Source: Bacilli bacterium
Lineage (GTDB): Bacteria; Bacillota_I; Bacilli_A; RFN20; CAG-826
DNA: 64,000 bases
Direction of reading: 5' to 3'
NCBI GenBank assembly: GCA_045615665.1
Contig: JAZLFJ010000003.1
Span: 7,406-71,405, forward strand
Both the position numbers and the translations under genes were made by a program. This document shows, in pieces, positions 45,119 to 54,146 of the stretch. The notes under the pieces were generated by a model, which worked only from the letters and a program-made list of their open reading frames with translations, searched no databases and had not been told where the DNA came from. How positions within the stretch are numbered: the stretch's first letter is position 1; each line of letters begins with the position of its first letter.

Positions 45119-46177
45119 TTATAAATTTGGATTCTTAATATAATAAGTGTTCTTTGCGTTTCCTTGTCTAATAATAATGCCTTCTTCAACAAGCTTTTTA
45201 ATAGCATTTAAAATAGCGGTTCTTCCAACAGATGGGCATGAAGAAATAACTTCGCTTGCTACAAATTTACCAATCTTGTTTGATACAAATGCTTTTACAA
45301 TATCATAAGCTGTACTTTTTGTTTCGCTTCCTACATATTGAACTCTATTTTCAAATTCAACATAGCAGGCAAGAATTATTTTGAGCATGTAACGGATAAA
45401 AGGAGTAGGATCATTTTTTCCTTTTTGCCAATCTATATCAGACGCTTGTAATGCATCATAATATAAGTCTTTATTCTTTTCGATTTCTTTTTCAATACTT
45501 ATGTATTTTCCAACATGATAGCCGTTTTGGTAAAGAAGGAGCAATGTTAATAATCTGCTCATTCTTCCATTACCATCATTAAATGGATGGATGCAAAGAA
45601 AGTCTAAAATAAAAACAGGAATAATTAATAAAGAATCAACTTTTTCAGAAGCAATTATTTGATTATAACTTTCACAGATTGTTTCTACCGCAAAAGGAGT
45701 TTCACTAGGTTCAAGTGGTTTAAAACGAACAATTGTATTACCATCATCTAAAGTTTCTTGAATATAGTTTGAAACATTCTTAAATTGGCCACACATAGTA
45801 AATCCAGCTTTTTTAAGCATGTCTCTATGTAACTGCAAAATATAATTAGGTTTTACAGGAATAAAGTCATGGCTTTCATGAATTGTATTTAAAACATCTC
45901 TATAACCAGCAATTTCATTTTCATCTCTATTTTTAGGTGTTGTTTTTTCTTGAACTAGCTGTTTAATTCTAGCTGCAGTTGTAATAATGCCTTCAATCTT
46001 GTTGGATGATTCTACACTCTGAATTTTTGCTATTTCTGTCAATCTATCTAGTTCAACAGGTTTTTGTCTAATATATAAATCCTGCTTCCCTTTATATTCA
46101 TGAATTTTTGCAACTAGAGATAAAATCTCTGAATCCCATTTTATGCTCGTTAGTTGATCATAATTGAAAGTTCTCAT
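45119..46177 (-). CDS. Fic-family protein (class II-type, N-terminal inhibitory helix, C-terminal winged-helix-like tail)
   Basis: Fic motif HPFNDGNGRMSRLL. Inhibitory-type motif SNKIEG, matching (S/T)xxxE(G/N). 352 aa. Confidence 0.9.
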   Translation of the reverse strand: MRTFNYDQLTSIKWDSEILSLVAKIHEYKGKQDLYIRQKPVELDRLTEIAKIQSVESSNKIEGIITTAARIKQLVQEKTTPKNRDENEIAGYRDVLNTIHESHDFIPVKPNYILQLHRDMLKKAGFTMCGQFKNVSNYIQETLDDGNTIVRFKPLEPSETPFAVETICESYNQIIASEKVDSLLIIPVFILDFLCIHPFNDGNGRMSRLLTLLLLYQNGYHVGKYISIEKEIEKNKDLYYDALQASDIDWQKGKNDPTPFIRYMLKIILACYVEFENRVQYVGSETKSTAYDIVKAFVSNKIGKFVASEVISSCPSVGRTAILNAIKKLVEEGIIIRQGNAKNTYYIKNPNL

Positions 46178-46194
46178 ATTCGTCCAGCCTTTCT

Positions 46195-46237
46195 AATATT
46201 CGTCCATATTATATGCATTTGTGGACGATTAAGTCAA
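46195..46237. promoter_or_regulatory. Fic promoter overlapped by the upstream copy of the flanking repeat
   Basis: Minus strand TTGACT (46237-46232), 18 nt, TATAAT (46213-46208). The repeat AATATTCGTCCAT-N12-TGTGGACGATTAA (46195-46232) brackets the -10. A further half-site ATTCGTCCA at 46178-46186 abuts the ATG. Confidence 0.7.
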
Positions 46238-46345
46238 GAAAACAGCATCACATTCATACAACAATGGCGTTTCAATAAAAGTTTCGAATAGCTATTACCC
46301 ATATCCAAACAGACCTCTTAAATTGAGATCTGATTTCTTTTTTTG

Positions 46346-46921
46346 CTAATTATTGTTTTTGTTGAATGGACATTTATCTTTAATACATTGTAGATTTAAA
46401 GATGAAAATTCACATGTTTTCTCGTTTGTTTTCATGTTTAAATGATAATTTTCATTAGCGTACCTAATGCCTTCATTAATTGATAGGAATGCATTCCTTT
46501 TACAACATCTAGGCCCACCGATTTCGCTCATTTGTGAAATGACTGATGAGGTATATTTCATATGATTTGAGTAATCTGAAGTAGATGATAATGGACCCGT
46601 GGAATCTAAGATAGAAAACACCGCTCCAATAGAAACGGTTGAACCACAAACACCCCAATAACCACACATGGCTCCAGGCATTTTAATTGTTCTTTTAGCT
46701 AATTCATCCAACGATTCATCTAAATTAAATTCTAAGCCATTATTATGCAAGGCAACCATGAATGATGCTCCATCAAGAAAATGGTGTTCAGGGCCATGAA
46801 TATTTACGAAGTCTTTGTACATTACACTTTTTAAAAGCTTAATAGGATTTTTTTCATCACTATTAATTACAGCTTCTTTTATTAATTGATATTTTTCTTC
46901 GAGTGTATATTTGTTTTCCAT
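46346..46921 (-). CDS. Cys/His-rich protein of unknown function (putative metal or redox cofactor binding)
   Basis: 191 aa. HGPEHHFLDG, MCGYWGVCGSTVSIG, GGPRCCKRN, CEF...CIKDKCPF. Lies 13 nt downstream of the ArsR-type gene. Confidence 0.6.
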   Translation of the reverse strand: MENKYTLEEKYQLIKEAVINSDEKNPIKLLKSVMYKDFVNIHGPEHHFLDGASFMVALHNNGLEFNLDESLDELAKRTIKMPGAMCGYWGVCGSTVSIGAVFSILDSTGPLSSTSDYSNHMKYTSSVISQMSEIGGPRCCKRNAFLSINEGIRYANENYHLNMKTNEKTCEFSSLNLQCIKDKCPFNKNNN

Positions 46922-46934
46922 AGATTGATCTCCA

Positions 46935-47204
46935 TTACTTTTTAAATTTTCTTAAAGCAAAAAGGTATTCATCAAACAAAGTATTGTTAAAAGAATAATA
47001 AGTCCATTTTCCAACTTCTTTAGAAATAATTAATCCTGATGTTGTTAATACTTTCATATGATGACTTAATGTGGATTGGCAACATTCTAATGATTCTAAT
47101 AATTTACAGGCACAAATTTCTTTTTCTGCAATCTTTTTAATGATACATACTCTGGTTTTATCACTCAGAGCTTTAGCAATTATACTTAATTTTTCTTCTG
47201 TCAT
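46935..47204 (-). CDS. ArsR/SmtB-family metalloregulator
   Basis: 89 aa. LSDKTRVCIIKKIAEKEICACKLLESLECCQSTLSHHMKVL has a wHTH with Cys-x-Cys in the position of the ArsR ELCVCDL site. Confidence 0.85.
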   Translation of the reverse strand: MTEEKLSIIAKALSDKTRVCIIKKIAEKEICACKLLESLECCQSTLSHHMKVLTTSGLIISKEVGKWTYYSFNNTLFDEYLFALRKFKK

Positions 47205-47432
47205 ATCCTTACCTCATATCGATAAATGTCGATTTAATTATATCTTCTCAAATCGAATATCGTCAATATTAAAAAATGTACGTGTATTGCAAATAAAGAA
47301 ATATTTATTTGAAGATAAACGGATTACTAGTAAATCATGTTAAATGAGGATGCTTGTGATATATCAAATTGCTTTTCTGATATCAAAAGCATCATTAACG
47401 TTTGATGTAACTTACCGTTCTCATTGTTTCCA

Positions 47433-48086
47433 CTACTTTCTAATTTTTGAATAAATTTCATTAACAGATTCTATATAAATCATAAAAGAGGTATGATCTT
47501 TATCATTTCTACTTAGATACATATTTTTCTTTTCAATATAAACTTCTCTAACTAAAGGCCAGTAATTTTTGCTTTTTATAAAATCAGCCTTTTCTTTTAT
47601 CTTTTGCGAATTTGGAGCAATGTTCCATATCCATCTATCATTACGAGGATTGCCATATCTATCTTTTTCATGAATCAATCTATTCCAAAGCCCTTTGTTA
47701 TCTAAAGTTACAATTGCTAAATCAATTGAGAACTTAACTTCAGGCACATCTTCAAACCAAATAGGTTTTGTGCCTAATGAAGCCGTAGAATCAGAACAAG
47801 ATAATAAATTTTCTTCTGCTAACGCTTTATTAAAAGCATTCATAACTTTGTCCTTAATGCCTTTTGTATCGTCCCAGTCATCACAGGAAATAACATTTAA
47901 GTTGTAATCGAAATCAATAGGACCACTACCATTTCTAGTAATCATGTTCCTGCCGCCAGATCCAACCAAAAACATTTGAGAGTTAATATTTTTCTCCCGT
48001 AAAATTTCTTCCGTCCTCGAAACTAAAGAGGTGCAGAATCGTTGAGCTCTTTTTAAGAACTCTTTGTCATCAAAATAATCGTACAT
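47433..48086 (-). CDS. Small Pol-beta-superfamily nucleotidyltransferase, family unresolved
   Basis: Start set at MYDYFDD (48086), with GGAGG 5 nt upstream. LVGSGGRNMITRNGSGPIDFDYNL (the GS...DxD motif) and a third acidic site FSIDLAIV. 217 aa. Confidence 0.65.
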   Translation of the reverse strand: MYDYFDDKEFLKRAQRFCTSLVSRTEEILREKNINSQMFLVGSGGRNMITRNGSGPIDFDYNLNVISCDDWDDTKGIKDKVMNAFNKALAEENLLSCSDSTASLGTKPIWFEDVPEVKFSIDLAIVTLDNKGLWNRLIHEKDRYGNPRNDRWIWNIAPNSQKIKEKADFIKSKNYWPLVREVYIEKKNMYLSRNDKDHTSFMIYIESVNEIYSKIRK

Positions 48087-48367
48087 AAATACCTCCATGT
48101 CCCAGGCCACCCATTTAATCTTTTGGAATTAAATCGTTATAGGTTACAAAAAATTATAACAAATTACAATGGTTTATATTCAATTGGTTATCATAAGTAT
48201 TCTAACTATTTCTTGAAGACCGAAAAACTGATATAGCTCAAGCCAATACCCTTTCACCATGGAGTCCTGCTGTAATTTTGAGTTATTTTTGAGAATATTT
48301 ACGAAAATAGCGCTTCTATTTTGAAGCACTATATTGCAAAAAACCTCGATGTAATCGGAACAATTTT

Positions 48368-49729
48368 CTAATTTTTGTATCCCTTATATATAAGGGATAC
48401 AACGCTCTCTACGTGAAAAGTCATCGGAAACATATCAACTGGTTGAATTTCACCAATTGAATATTCTTTAGACAACATTGCAACATCCCGCGCAAGGGTT
48501 TCTGGCTCGCATGAAACGTAAATAATCTTGTTTGGTTTTAATTTTAAAAGTGTATTAATCATTTTTTCATCGACACCTTTGCGAGGAGGATCAACAAAAA
48601 CAACATTAAATTTTTGGTTATCATTTATCAACTTTTCAAACGCACTAGGAGCATCATCACAAATGAAATCAAAATTAGTGATTTGATTGAGTTTTGCATT
48701 TCTTTTTGCGTCAATTATGGCTTCTTTTACAATCTCAACACCTACAACATGCTTGGCTTTTTTAGCAGCAATTAATGAGATGGTTCCAATACCGCAATAA
48801 GCGTCAAAAATAGCATCATCTTTATTTAAATTAGCAAACTCAATTGCCTTGGAATAAAGCTTCTCGACTTGAATTGGATTAACTTGATAAAAGGACTTGG
48901 ATGAAATGAGAAAGTCAACACCTAGAATTGAATCTTTTATATGTCCACTACCATAGAGGATTCTTTCCTTATTTCCTAATATTACATTTGTGTCTCTAGA
49001 ATTAATGTTTTGAACAAGACATTTGATGTTTGGGCATCTTTTAATAAATTCCTTAACAAAATTATTTTTGCCTTTAAAAGCATCTTGAGTTGTAACTAAA
49101 GTGACCATCACGTCGTCATAATGAAAGGAAGTTCTAATTAAAACATGTCTAAACAATCCATATCCTGTATCTTCGTTATATGGTTCATAATGAAAATCTT
49201 TAATCAGCTTTTTGAATTCTTCGATTATTTTAGAAGCTTTTGGATTTTCAATATAACATTTCTCAATTGGAATAATTTTATGTGTGCCACTTCTATAGAA
49301 ACCGGAGACAATGTGTCCGTGTGGATCTCGTCCAATAGGAACTTGAATCTTGTTGCGGTATCCATAAGGATTATCCATTCCAATAGTTTCGTTAACTTCA
49401 ACGTCTAAACCGTGTCGTCTAAAGGCATCTTTAACTTTACTAGTTTTATATTTAAGTTGAGCGTGATAAGCATATTGCTGAAACTGACAACCACCGCAGG
49501 CAGTGCACACTCCACAAAGTGGCTGAATTCTATCAGGGGACTTAGAAATAAGACGATGAACTTTACCAAAATATGATCCAGCACGCTTATATTGAATTTC
49601 AATCTCGGCTTCCTCGCCTGGAAATAAGCCATCTACAAAAACAGTTCCATAGGAAAGTTTGACAACTCCTTTGCCTTCAAAAGAGAGATCAACGCATTTT
49701 CCAATAACGTTTTGAAATTTGTTTTTCAT
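48368..49729 (-). CDS. rumA: 23S rRNA (uracil-5-)-methyltransferase, RumA/RlmD family
   Basis: TRAM-like N-terminus, Fe-S Cys cluster CGVCTACGGCQFQ, SAM motif DAYCGIGTISL, and VDPPRKG. The 3' end contains a 24-nt perfect palindrome at 48377-48400. Confidence 0.9.
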   Translation of the reverse strand: MKNKFQNVIGKCVDLSFEGKGVVKLSYGTVFVDGLFPGEEAEIEIQYKRAGSYFGKVHRLISKSPDRIQPLCGVCTACGGCQFQQYAYHAQLKYKTSKVKDAFRRHGLDVEVNETIGMDNPYGYRNKIQVPIGRDPHGHIVSGFYRSGTHKIIPIEKCYIENPKASKIIEEFKKLIKDFHYEPYNEDTGYGLFRHVLIRTSFHYDDVMVTLVTTQDAFKGKNNFVKEFIKRCPNIKCLVQNINSRDTNVILGNKERILYGSGHIKDSILGVDFLISSKSFYQVNPIQVEKLYSKAIEFANLNKDDAIFDAYCGIGTISLIAAKKAKHVVGVEIVKEAIIDAKRNAKLNQITNFDFICDDAPSAFEKLINDNQKFNVVFVDPPRKGVDEKMINTLLKLKPNKIIYVSCEPETLARDVAMLSKEYSIGEIQPVDMFPMTFHVESVVSLIYKGYKN

Positions 49730-49797
49730 AATAGAAATATTTTATCTAATTAGATGATACATAGTAATAACTATTTTGATTGTGGTAAGATAAATAC

Positions 49798-51402
49798 ATG
49801 AAAATTAAAAGAATAGTTTCGATATGCACGATTCTTCTTTTGACGAGTTGCTCTTCGACTTCGCCATCTAAAAATAAGCACTCTAGCTCGACAAACAATT
49901 CTTTTTCAAGCACTGCAAACACTGTAACTTCAGGCTCAAATCCGTATACATCTACAACATCATCTAGCTATAATCCAGATACAGATATCACGGCAATTCC
50001 CGTGAATTTTACCGCTTTTAACGATTTCCATGGCCAAATAGATGAAAGCGGAAATTATGTTGGAATATCTAAATTAGCGACCTACTTAAAAGAGAAAAAA
50101 GTAAACGGAAATATTCTCATTAATAGTGGCGACCTTTACCAAGGCTCATTCTTATGTAACTATGATAAAGGTGAACTAGCCTCTTATACATTTGCGCATA
50201 TTGGCGTCGATGTCCACACCCTTGGTAATCACGAATTTGATTGGAGTGTGCCTTCAATCATCAACAATCAAGCTGCTTTAGGACAAAACTTCTTGGGCGC
50301 GAATATTTATGATTATCCAAAAACCGGTAGCGAATGGACAAAAGCTAGTTTAGGTGACGAATATAAAATTATTGACTTATTCAAAGGCACTAAATATGAA
50401 GTAAAAGTAGGTGTTATTGGAGTCATTGGGAAGGATCAATTCACCTCCATAACTTCTTTAAATACGGAAGATGTAATATTTTTAGATCCTAATCCAATTG
50501 TTAAAAGGCTTTCACGCAAACTAAGAACAGAGGAAAATTGTGATTTTGTTATCGCTTCATACCATGCCAATGATCCCGACACCACAATAAGTGATATCGA
50601 TGAAAGTACTGGGAAGCATTATGTAGACGCATGCTTTATGGCCCATACCCACGATTTCGAAGAATATCAAATTAACAACGTTCCATTTTTGCAAGCTGGA
50701 GCGTATTCCCAAGGTGCTTCTCATGCTTCATTTAAGTTTAATAAGGTTACTGGCGATATTACGTTGGAAAATTATGGTAATGATTATTTAGCTACTTTGT
50801 CACTAGAAGAGGACCCGACAGTTAAAAAAGTTATTGATAATGCAAAAGCAGCGCAAGCGGACAAATTTACCGAGATAATAGGTCGTAATTCAACCGGAGG
50901 TCAAATCAATAACGGTGGCATGTCAAAGTTCTACGCTAAGATTTCCTATGAACACACATTAACTGAAGCACCTTCATATAGTACAATCGGAGCGATTTTC
51001 AATTATTCAAGACGAGCATTAAAAGCAGGTGATTTTACTTTCTCCGATTTGTTTGAAACTCATCCATTTTTGAACGGTCTATACATATTCTCTGTATCTG
51101 AAGCAGACATCCAAAACGAAATTAATTATGGAAATTATGGTTATATCGATCCAAACGTAACAATTGGGAGTAGCAGTCACATTTTCCATGATGTTGTAGT
51201 CTTTGACTACATCGGCTTTCATATCGGCGTGAATTCTAATTACCAAAAATATTATAATTATTTCCCGTCTGCATTTTCTACTGAAGCTGAACACGAACCA
51301 TTTAGACTAGACTTTGATTGTTTCCATTTAGCTTTAGATTGGTTAGCTACGAATCACGAAATAACTAGTAGTGATATATCTGGTCCGGGTTTTGTTGGTT
51401 AA
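49798..51402 (+). CDS. Lipoprotein: metallophosphoesterase / 5'-nucleotidase family
   Basis: Lipobox LLTSC, Ser/Thr-rich linker, and motifs FNDFHGQ, GDLYQGS and GNHEFD. 534 aa. Confidence 0.85.
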   Translation: MKIKRIVSICTILLLTSCSSTSPSKNKHSSSTNNSFSSTANTVTSGSNPYTSTTSSSYNPDTDITAIPVNFTAFNDFHGQIDESGNYVGISKLATYLKEKKVNGNILINSGDLYQGSFLCNYDKGELASYTFAHIGVDVHTLGNHEFDWSVPSIINNQAALGQNFLGANIYDYPKTGSEWTKASLGDEYKIIDLFKGTKYEVKVGVIGVIGKDQFTSITSLNTEDVIFLDPNPIVKRLSRKLRTEENCDFVIASYHANDPDTTISDIDESTGKHYVDACFMAHTHDFEEYQINNVPFLQAGAYSQGASHASFKFNKVTGDITLENYGNDYLATLSLEEDPTVKKVIDNAKAAQADKFTEIIGRNSTGGQINNGGMSKFYAKISYEHTLTEAPSYSTIGAIFNYSRRALKAGDFTFSDLFETHPFLNGLYIFSVSEADIQNEINYGNYGYIDPNVTIGSSSHIFHDVVVFDYIGFHIGVNSNYQKYYNYFPSAFSTEAEHEPFRLDFDCFHLALDWLATNHEITSSDISGPGFVG

Positions 51403-51408
51403 TAAAAA

Positions 51409-51434
51409 GTGGCCAGCGATTGATTGCTAACCAC
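51409..51434 (+). terminator. Possible terminator between convergent genes
   Basis: GTGGccAGC-GATTGATT-GCTaaCCAC (interrupted stem) followed by TCTTTTT. Confidence 0.4.
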
Positions 51435-51450
51435 TCTTTTTGAATTGTTT

Positions 51451-53124
51451 TTATTCAACAGCAATCAAATATTTATAAACGTTTTGACCACCGTCGATTG
51501 CACCGAATTCAAGATATGGGAATTTGTTTCTTATCACTTCCATATTCTTGACTTTTTCATCTTCGGTTACGTCTTTACCATAAATGATGGTGACGACTTG
51601 TTTATCTTTGATATCTTTAATTTTTCTTAAAACATCAAAGATGATTCTATTTTTCATCTTGCCAGAGAAAACAATTTTTCCATTTACGATTCCCATATGG
51701 TCATTTTTGTGAATAATGACTCCATGGACTTTAGTGGATCTAATTGCAGTTGTAATTTCAACTGTCACCACATTACGAATAGCTTCATTGAAGTTACCCA
51801 TGATGAGAGTCAAATCATCGCTGGAAAAATCTAACAATGTTAGAGCACTATAGCATTGAGGAATCGAAGTGCTTTGTGCAATTTTCACTTTAGCACCTTT
51901 ATATAATTGAGCAGCTTGTTTTGCCGCCATAACAATATTCTTATTATTAGGGAAGACAATGATGTTATCTGCATCAATTTGTTTAAAGGCACGAATGAAG
52001 TCTTCAGTGGAAGGGTTCATAGTTTGATTACCAGAAACAATCACATCCACTCCAAAGGCTTTGAATTGTTCTTCAACACCAGCACCTTGTGCAACCGCGA
52101 CGACGGCATACTTTTTATGCTCCATCTTTTTAGCGGTGCGCTCTTCTTCGGTGAGATTCTCGTTATGTTGAAGGGCCATATTTTCAATCTTTGTGGTTAA
52201 GAATTCACCATATTTTCTCATCTTATGTAAAACGAGACCTGGTTCTTTAGTGTGAACGTGAACCTTAACGACATCTCCGTCTTTTAATGCCACGATAGAA
52301 TCGCCTGAAATATCTTCTTCATTTAATTCATCGATAATGGTTTGAACATCAAAATCTTCGACATTTACCTTGGAATTTTGTAAACGGAGGATAAATTCAG
52401 TGCAATATCCGAATTGAAGGACGTCATCTGAACCAAAAGAGGAAAAATCAATTGGAGTAGCTTCTTTATGCTCTTCTTCTACAGAGCTTAATTCTTGTTC
52501 AATCTTTTCTCCATCGAGGAATTTTACCATTCCTTTAATGATGTAAACATATCCTGCTCCACCAGAGTCAATAACACCAGCCTCTTTAAGAACTGGTAGT
52601 AAATCGATGGTTTTCTTTAAAGAAATTGATGCTTGTTTTAAATGCGCTTCATAGAATTCGTTAATTGTCGATTTTTCATTAACGACTTTTGAAGCAGCTT
52701 CAGTTGCTTCTCTAAAAACAGTTAAGATCGTTCCTTCAACAGGAGTGACAACTGCTCCATAAGCTTGTTTGATTCCAACTTGATAAGCCTTTGCTAATTC
52801 GACAGCATTAACTTCTTCTTTTCCTTCAAAACCACGGCAAATCCCACGGAAAATCTGAGAAAGGATGACACCAGAGTTTCCTCTAGCGCCCATGAGCATA
52901 CCTTTGGACAAATCCTTACCGAGTAAGCCTAAATTCTTTTCTTCTTTTCCTGAGACAGCACTAATGCCACCTTCAATGGTTCTAGACATATTTGTGCCTG
53001 TATCGCCATCAGGTACAGGAAAAACATTAAGTGCGTCAACTTCTTCAATATTTAAACGAAGATTTTTTGCACCATTGATTACAAGTTCTTTAAATTGTTC
53101 ACCGTTTAATTTATGCAAAATCAT
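51451..53124 (-). CDS. DAK2 domain protein (YloV/DhaL-like)
   Basis: 557 aa. N-terminus LNVFPVPDGDTGTNM is typical of the Dak2/DhaL fold. Paired with DegV. Confidence 0.85.
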   Translation of the reverse strand: MILHKLNGEQFKELVINGAKNLRLNIEEVDALNVFPVPDGDTGTNMSRTIEGGISAVSGKEEKNLGLLGKDLSKGMLMGARGNSGVILSQIFRGICRGFEGKEEVNAVELAKAYQVGIKQAYGAVVTPVEGTILTVFREATEAASKVVNEKSTINEFYEAHLKQASISLKKTIDLLPVLKEAGVIDSGGAGYVYIIKGMVKFLDGEKIEQELSSVEEEHKEATPIDFSSFGSDDVLQFGYCTEFILRLQNSKVNVEDFDVQTIIDELNEEDISGDSIVALKDGDVVKVHVHTKEPGLVLHKMRKYGEFLTTKIENMALQHNENLTEEERTAKKMEHKKYAVVAVAQGAGVEEQFKAFGVDVIVSGNQTMNPSTEDFIRAFKQIDADNIIVFPNNKNIVMAAKQAAQLYKGAKVKIAQSTSIPQCYSALTLLDFSSDDLTLIMGNFNEAIRNVVTVEITTAIRSTKVHGVIIHKNDHMGIVNGKIVFSGKMKNRIIFDVLRKIKDIKDKQVVTIIYGKDVTEDEKVKNMEVIRNKFPYLEFGAIDGGQNVYKYLIAVE

Positions 53125-53126
53125 CT

Positions 53127-54032
53127 TTATTCACCAACACGAGTTTCTGGTTTACCAAAATAGTAGATGCCAAATGTTGCTGGACCGCAAGAAGCGGAAA
53201 TGATTGGACCAAGATTACAAACAACGACTTCTTTAAAGCCGATTTCTTTAATCTTACTAACAACTAAGTCGACATCTTCTTGTTTTGCATCAGCATGCGA
53301 AACATAACAAATTTGAGTTCCAGGTTTAATAACTCTTTCTTTGACGATTTCAGCCGCTCTTACTAAAGCGTTTCTACGACCTTTAGCCTTTTCAACAGCG
53401 TAGTTGTTACCTTTTCCATCGGAAATAATCATTGGTTTAACTCCAAAGATATTGCCAAAGAAAGCTTTGCTTGCTTTAACACGCCCATGTTTAGCGAGAG
53501 TTGATAAATCTTCAACGGTAGCAATTTGGTTATAGCAAAGTCTTGTTTCTTCGATTTCTTTCGCTATATCTTCTATTGTTTTACCTGCGTCGCGTAGGTC
53601 AGCGGCTCTAAGAAGCATGGAACCTTGACCCATGCAGGAGCAAAGGGAATCAACGACAATGATTTTGCTCTTTGGATATTTTTGAGCATATTTGTCTTTC
53701 GCTAAACGAACAGCCAAATTTCCGGATTGTGATAAAGCGGAAGAGCATGAGATATATAGAATATCCTCACCTTTTTCTAAATGGGGGATGAATTTTTCAT
53801 CAAATTCTTGTTCTGTGACTTGGGATGTTAAAATGACAGCGCCATTTCTCATTAAGTCATAGTATTCTTTTGGACTTAAAACTTCCCAGTCCAAAGAAGC
53901 GTAAATTTCGTGATCCTTTTTATCTTTGTCTTTCCAGTTGACTAGCATACGAACATAGTCAATATCGCGACTCTTTCTTAACTCAGGGGATAAGTCACAA
54001 GTTGAATCACCGAATAATGCGATTTTGTTCAT
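53127..54032 (-). CDS. DegV-family fatty-acid-binding protein
   Basis: 301 aa. MNKIALFGDSTCDLS start and overall DegV pattern. Confidence 0.85.
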   Translation of the reverse strand: MNKIALFGDSTCDLSPELRKSRDIDYVRMLVNWKDKDKKDHEIYASLDWEVLSPKEYYDLMRNGAVILTSQVTEQEFDEKFIPHLEKGEDILYISCSSALSQSGNLAVRLAKDKYAQKYPKSKIIVVDSLCSCMGQGSMLLRAADLRDAGKTIEDIAKEIEETRLCYNQIATVEDLSTLAKHGRVKASKAFFGNIFGVKPMIISDGKGNNYAVEKAKGRRNALVRAAEIVKERVIKPGTQICYVSHADAKQEDVDLVVSKIKEIGFKEVVVCNLGPIISASCGPATFGIYYFGKPETRVGE

Positions 54033-54097
54033 TTCAAAACTCTCCTTTTCGCAAAGATTATATTAAATCATTTGTTATAATTAACAATAGGCAGTTT

Positions 54098-54134
54098 TGT
54101 GCATTTGCAAAATAATGTGCATATATGATAAAAT
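54098..54134 (+). promoter_or_regulatory. Promoter of the TetR operon with flanking TGTGCAT direct repeats
   Basis: TTGCAA (54105-54110), 18 nt, TG-n-TAAAAT (54126-54134). TGTGCAT occurs at 54098-54104 and 54116-54122. ATG lies only 12 nt after the -10. Confidence 0.55.
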
Positions 54135-54146
54135 GCCTATTATCTT

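Noticed and set aside
47433-48086. Calling the small NTase a CBASS CD-NTase
   Set aside because: No effector, Cap2/Cap3 or other CBASS partner is adjacent. The protein is shorter than typical CD-NTases. The motif evidence fits several Pol-beta families equally well.
18601-48367. Treating the whole 30-kb accessory stretch as one prophage or ICE
   Set aside because: No integrase, relaxase, T4SS, capsid, terminase or replication module is present. The EF-G paralogue and the lipid kinase look chromosomal. The evidence instead supports a mosaic of small insertions and TA loci.
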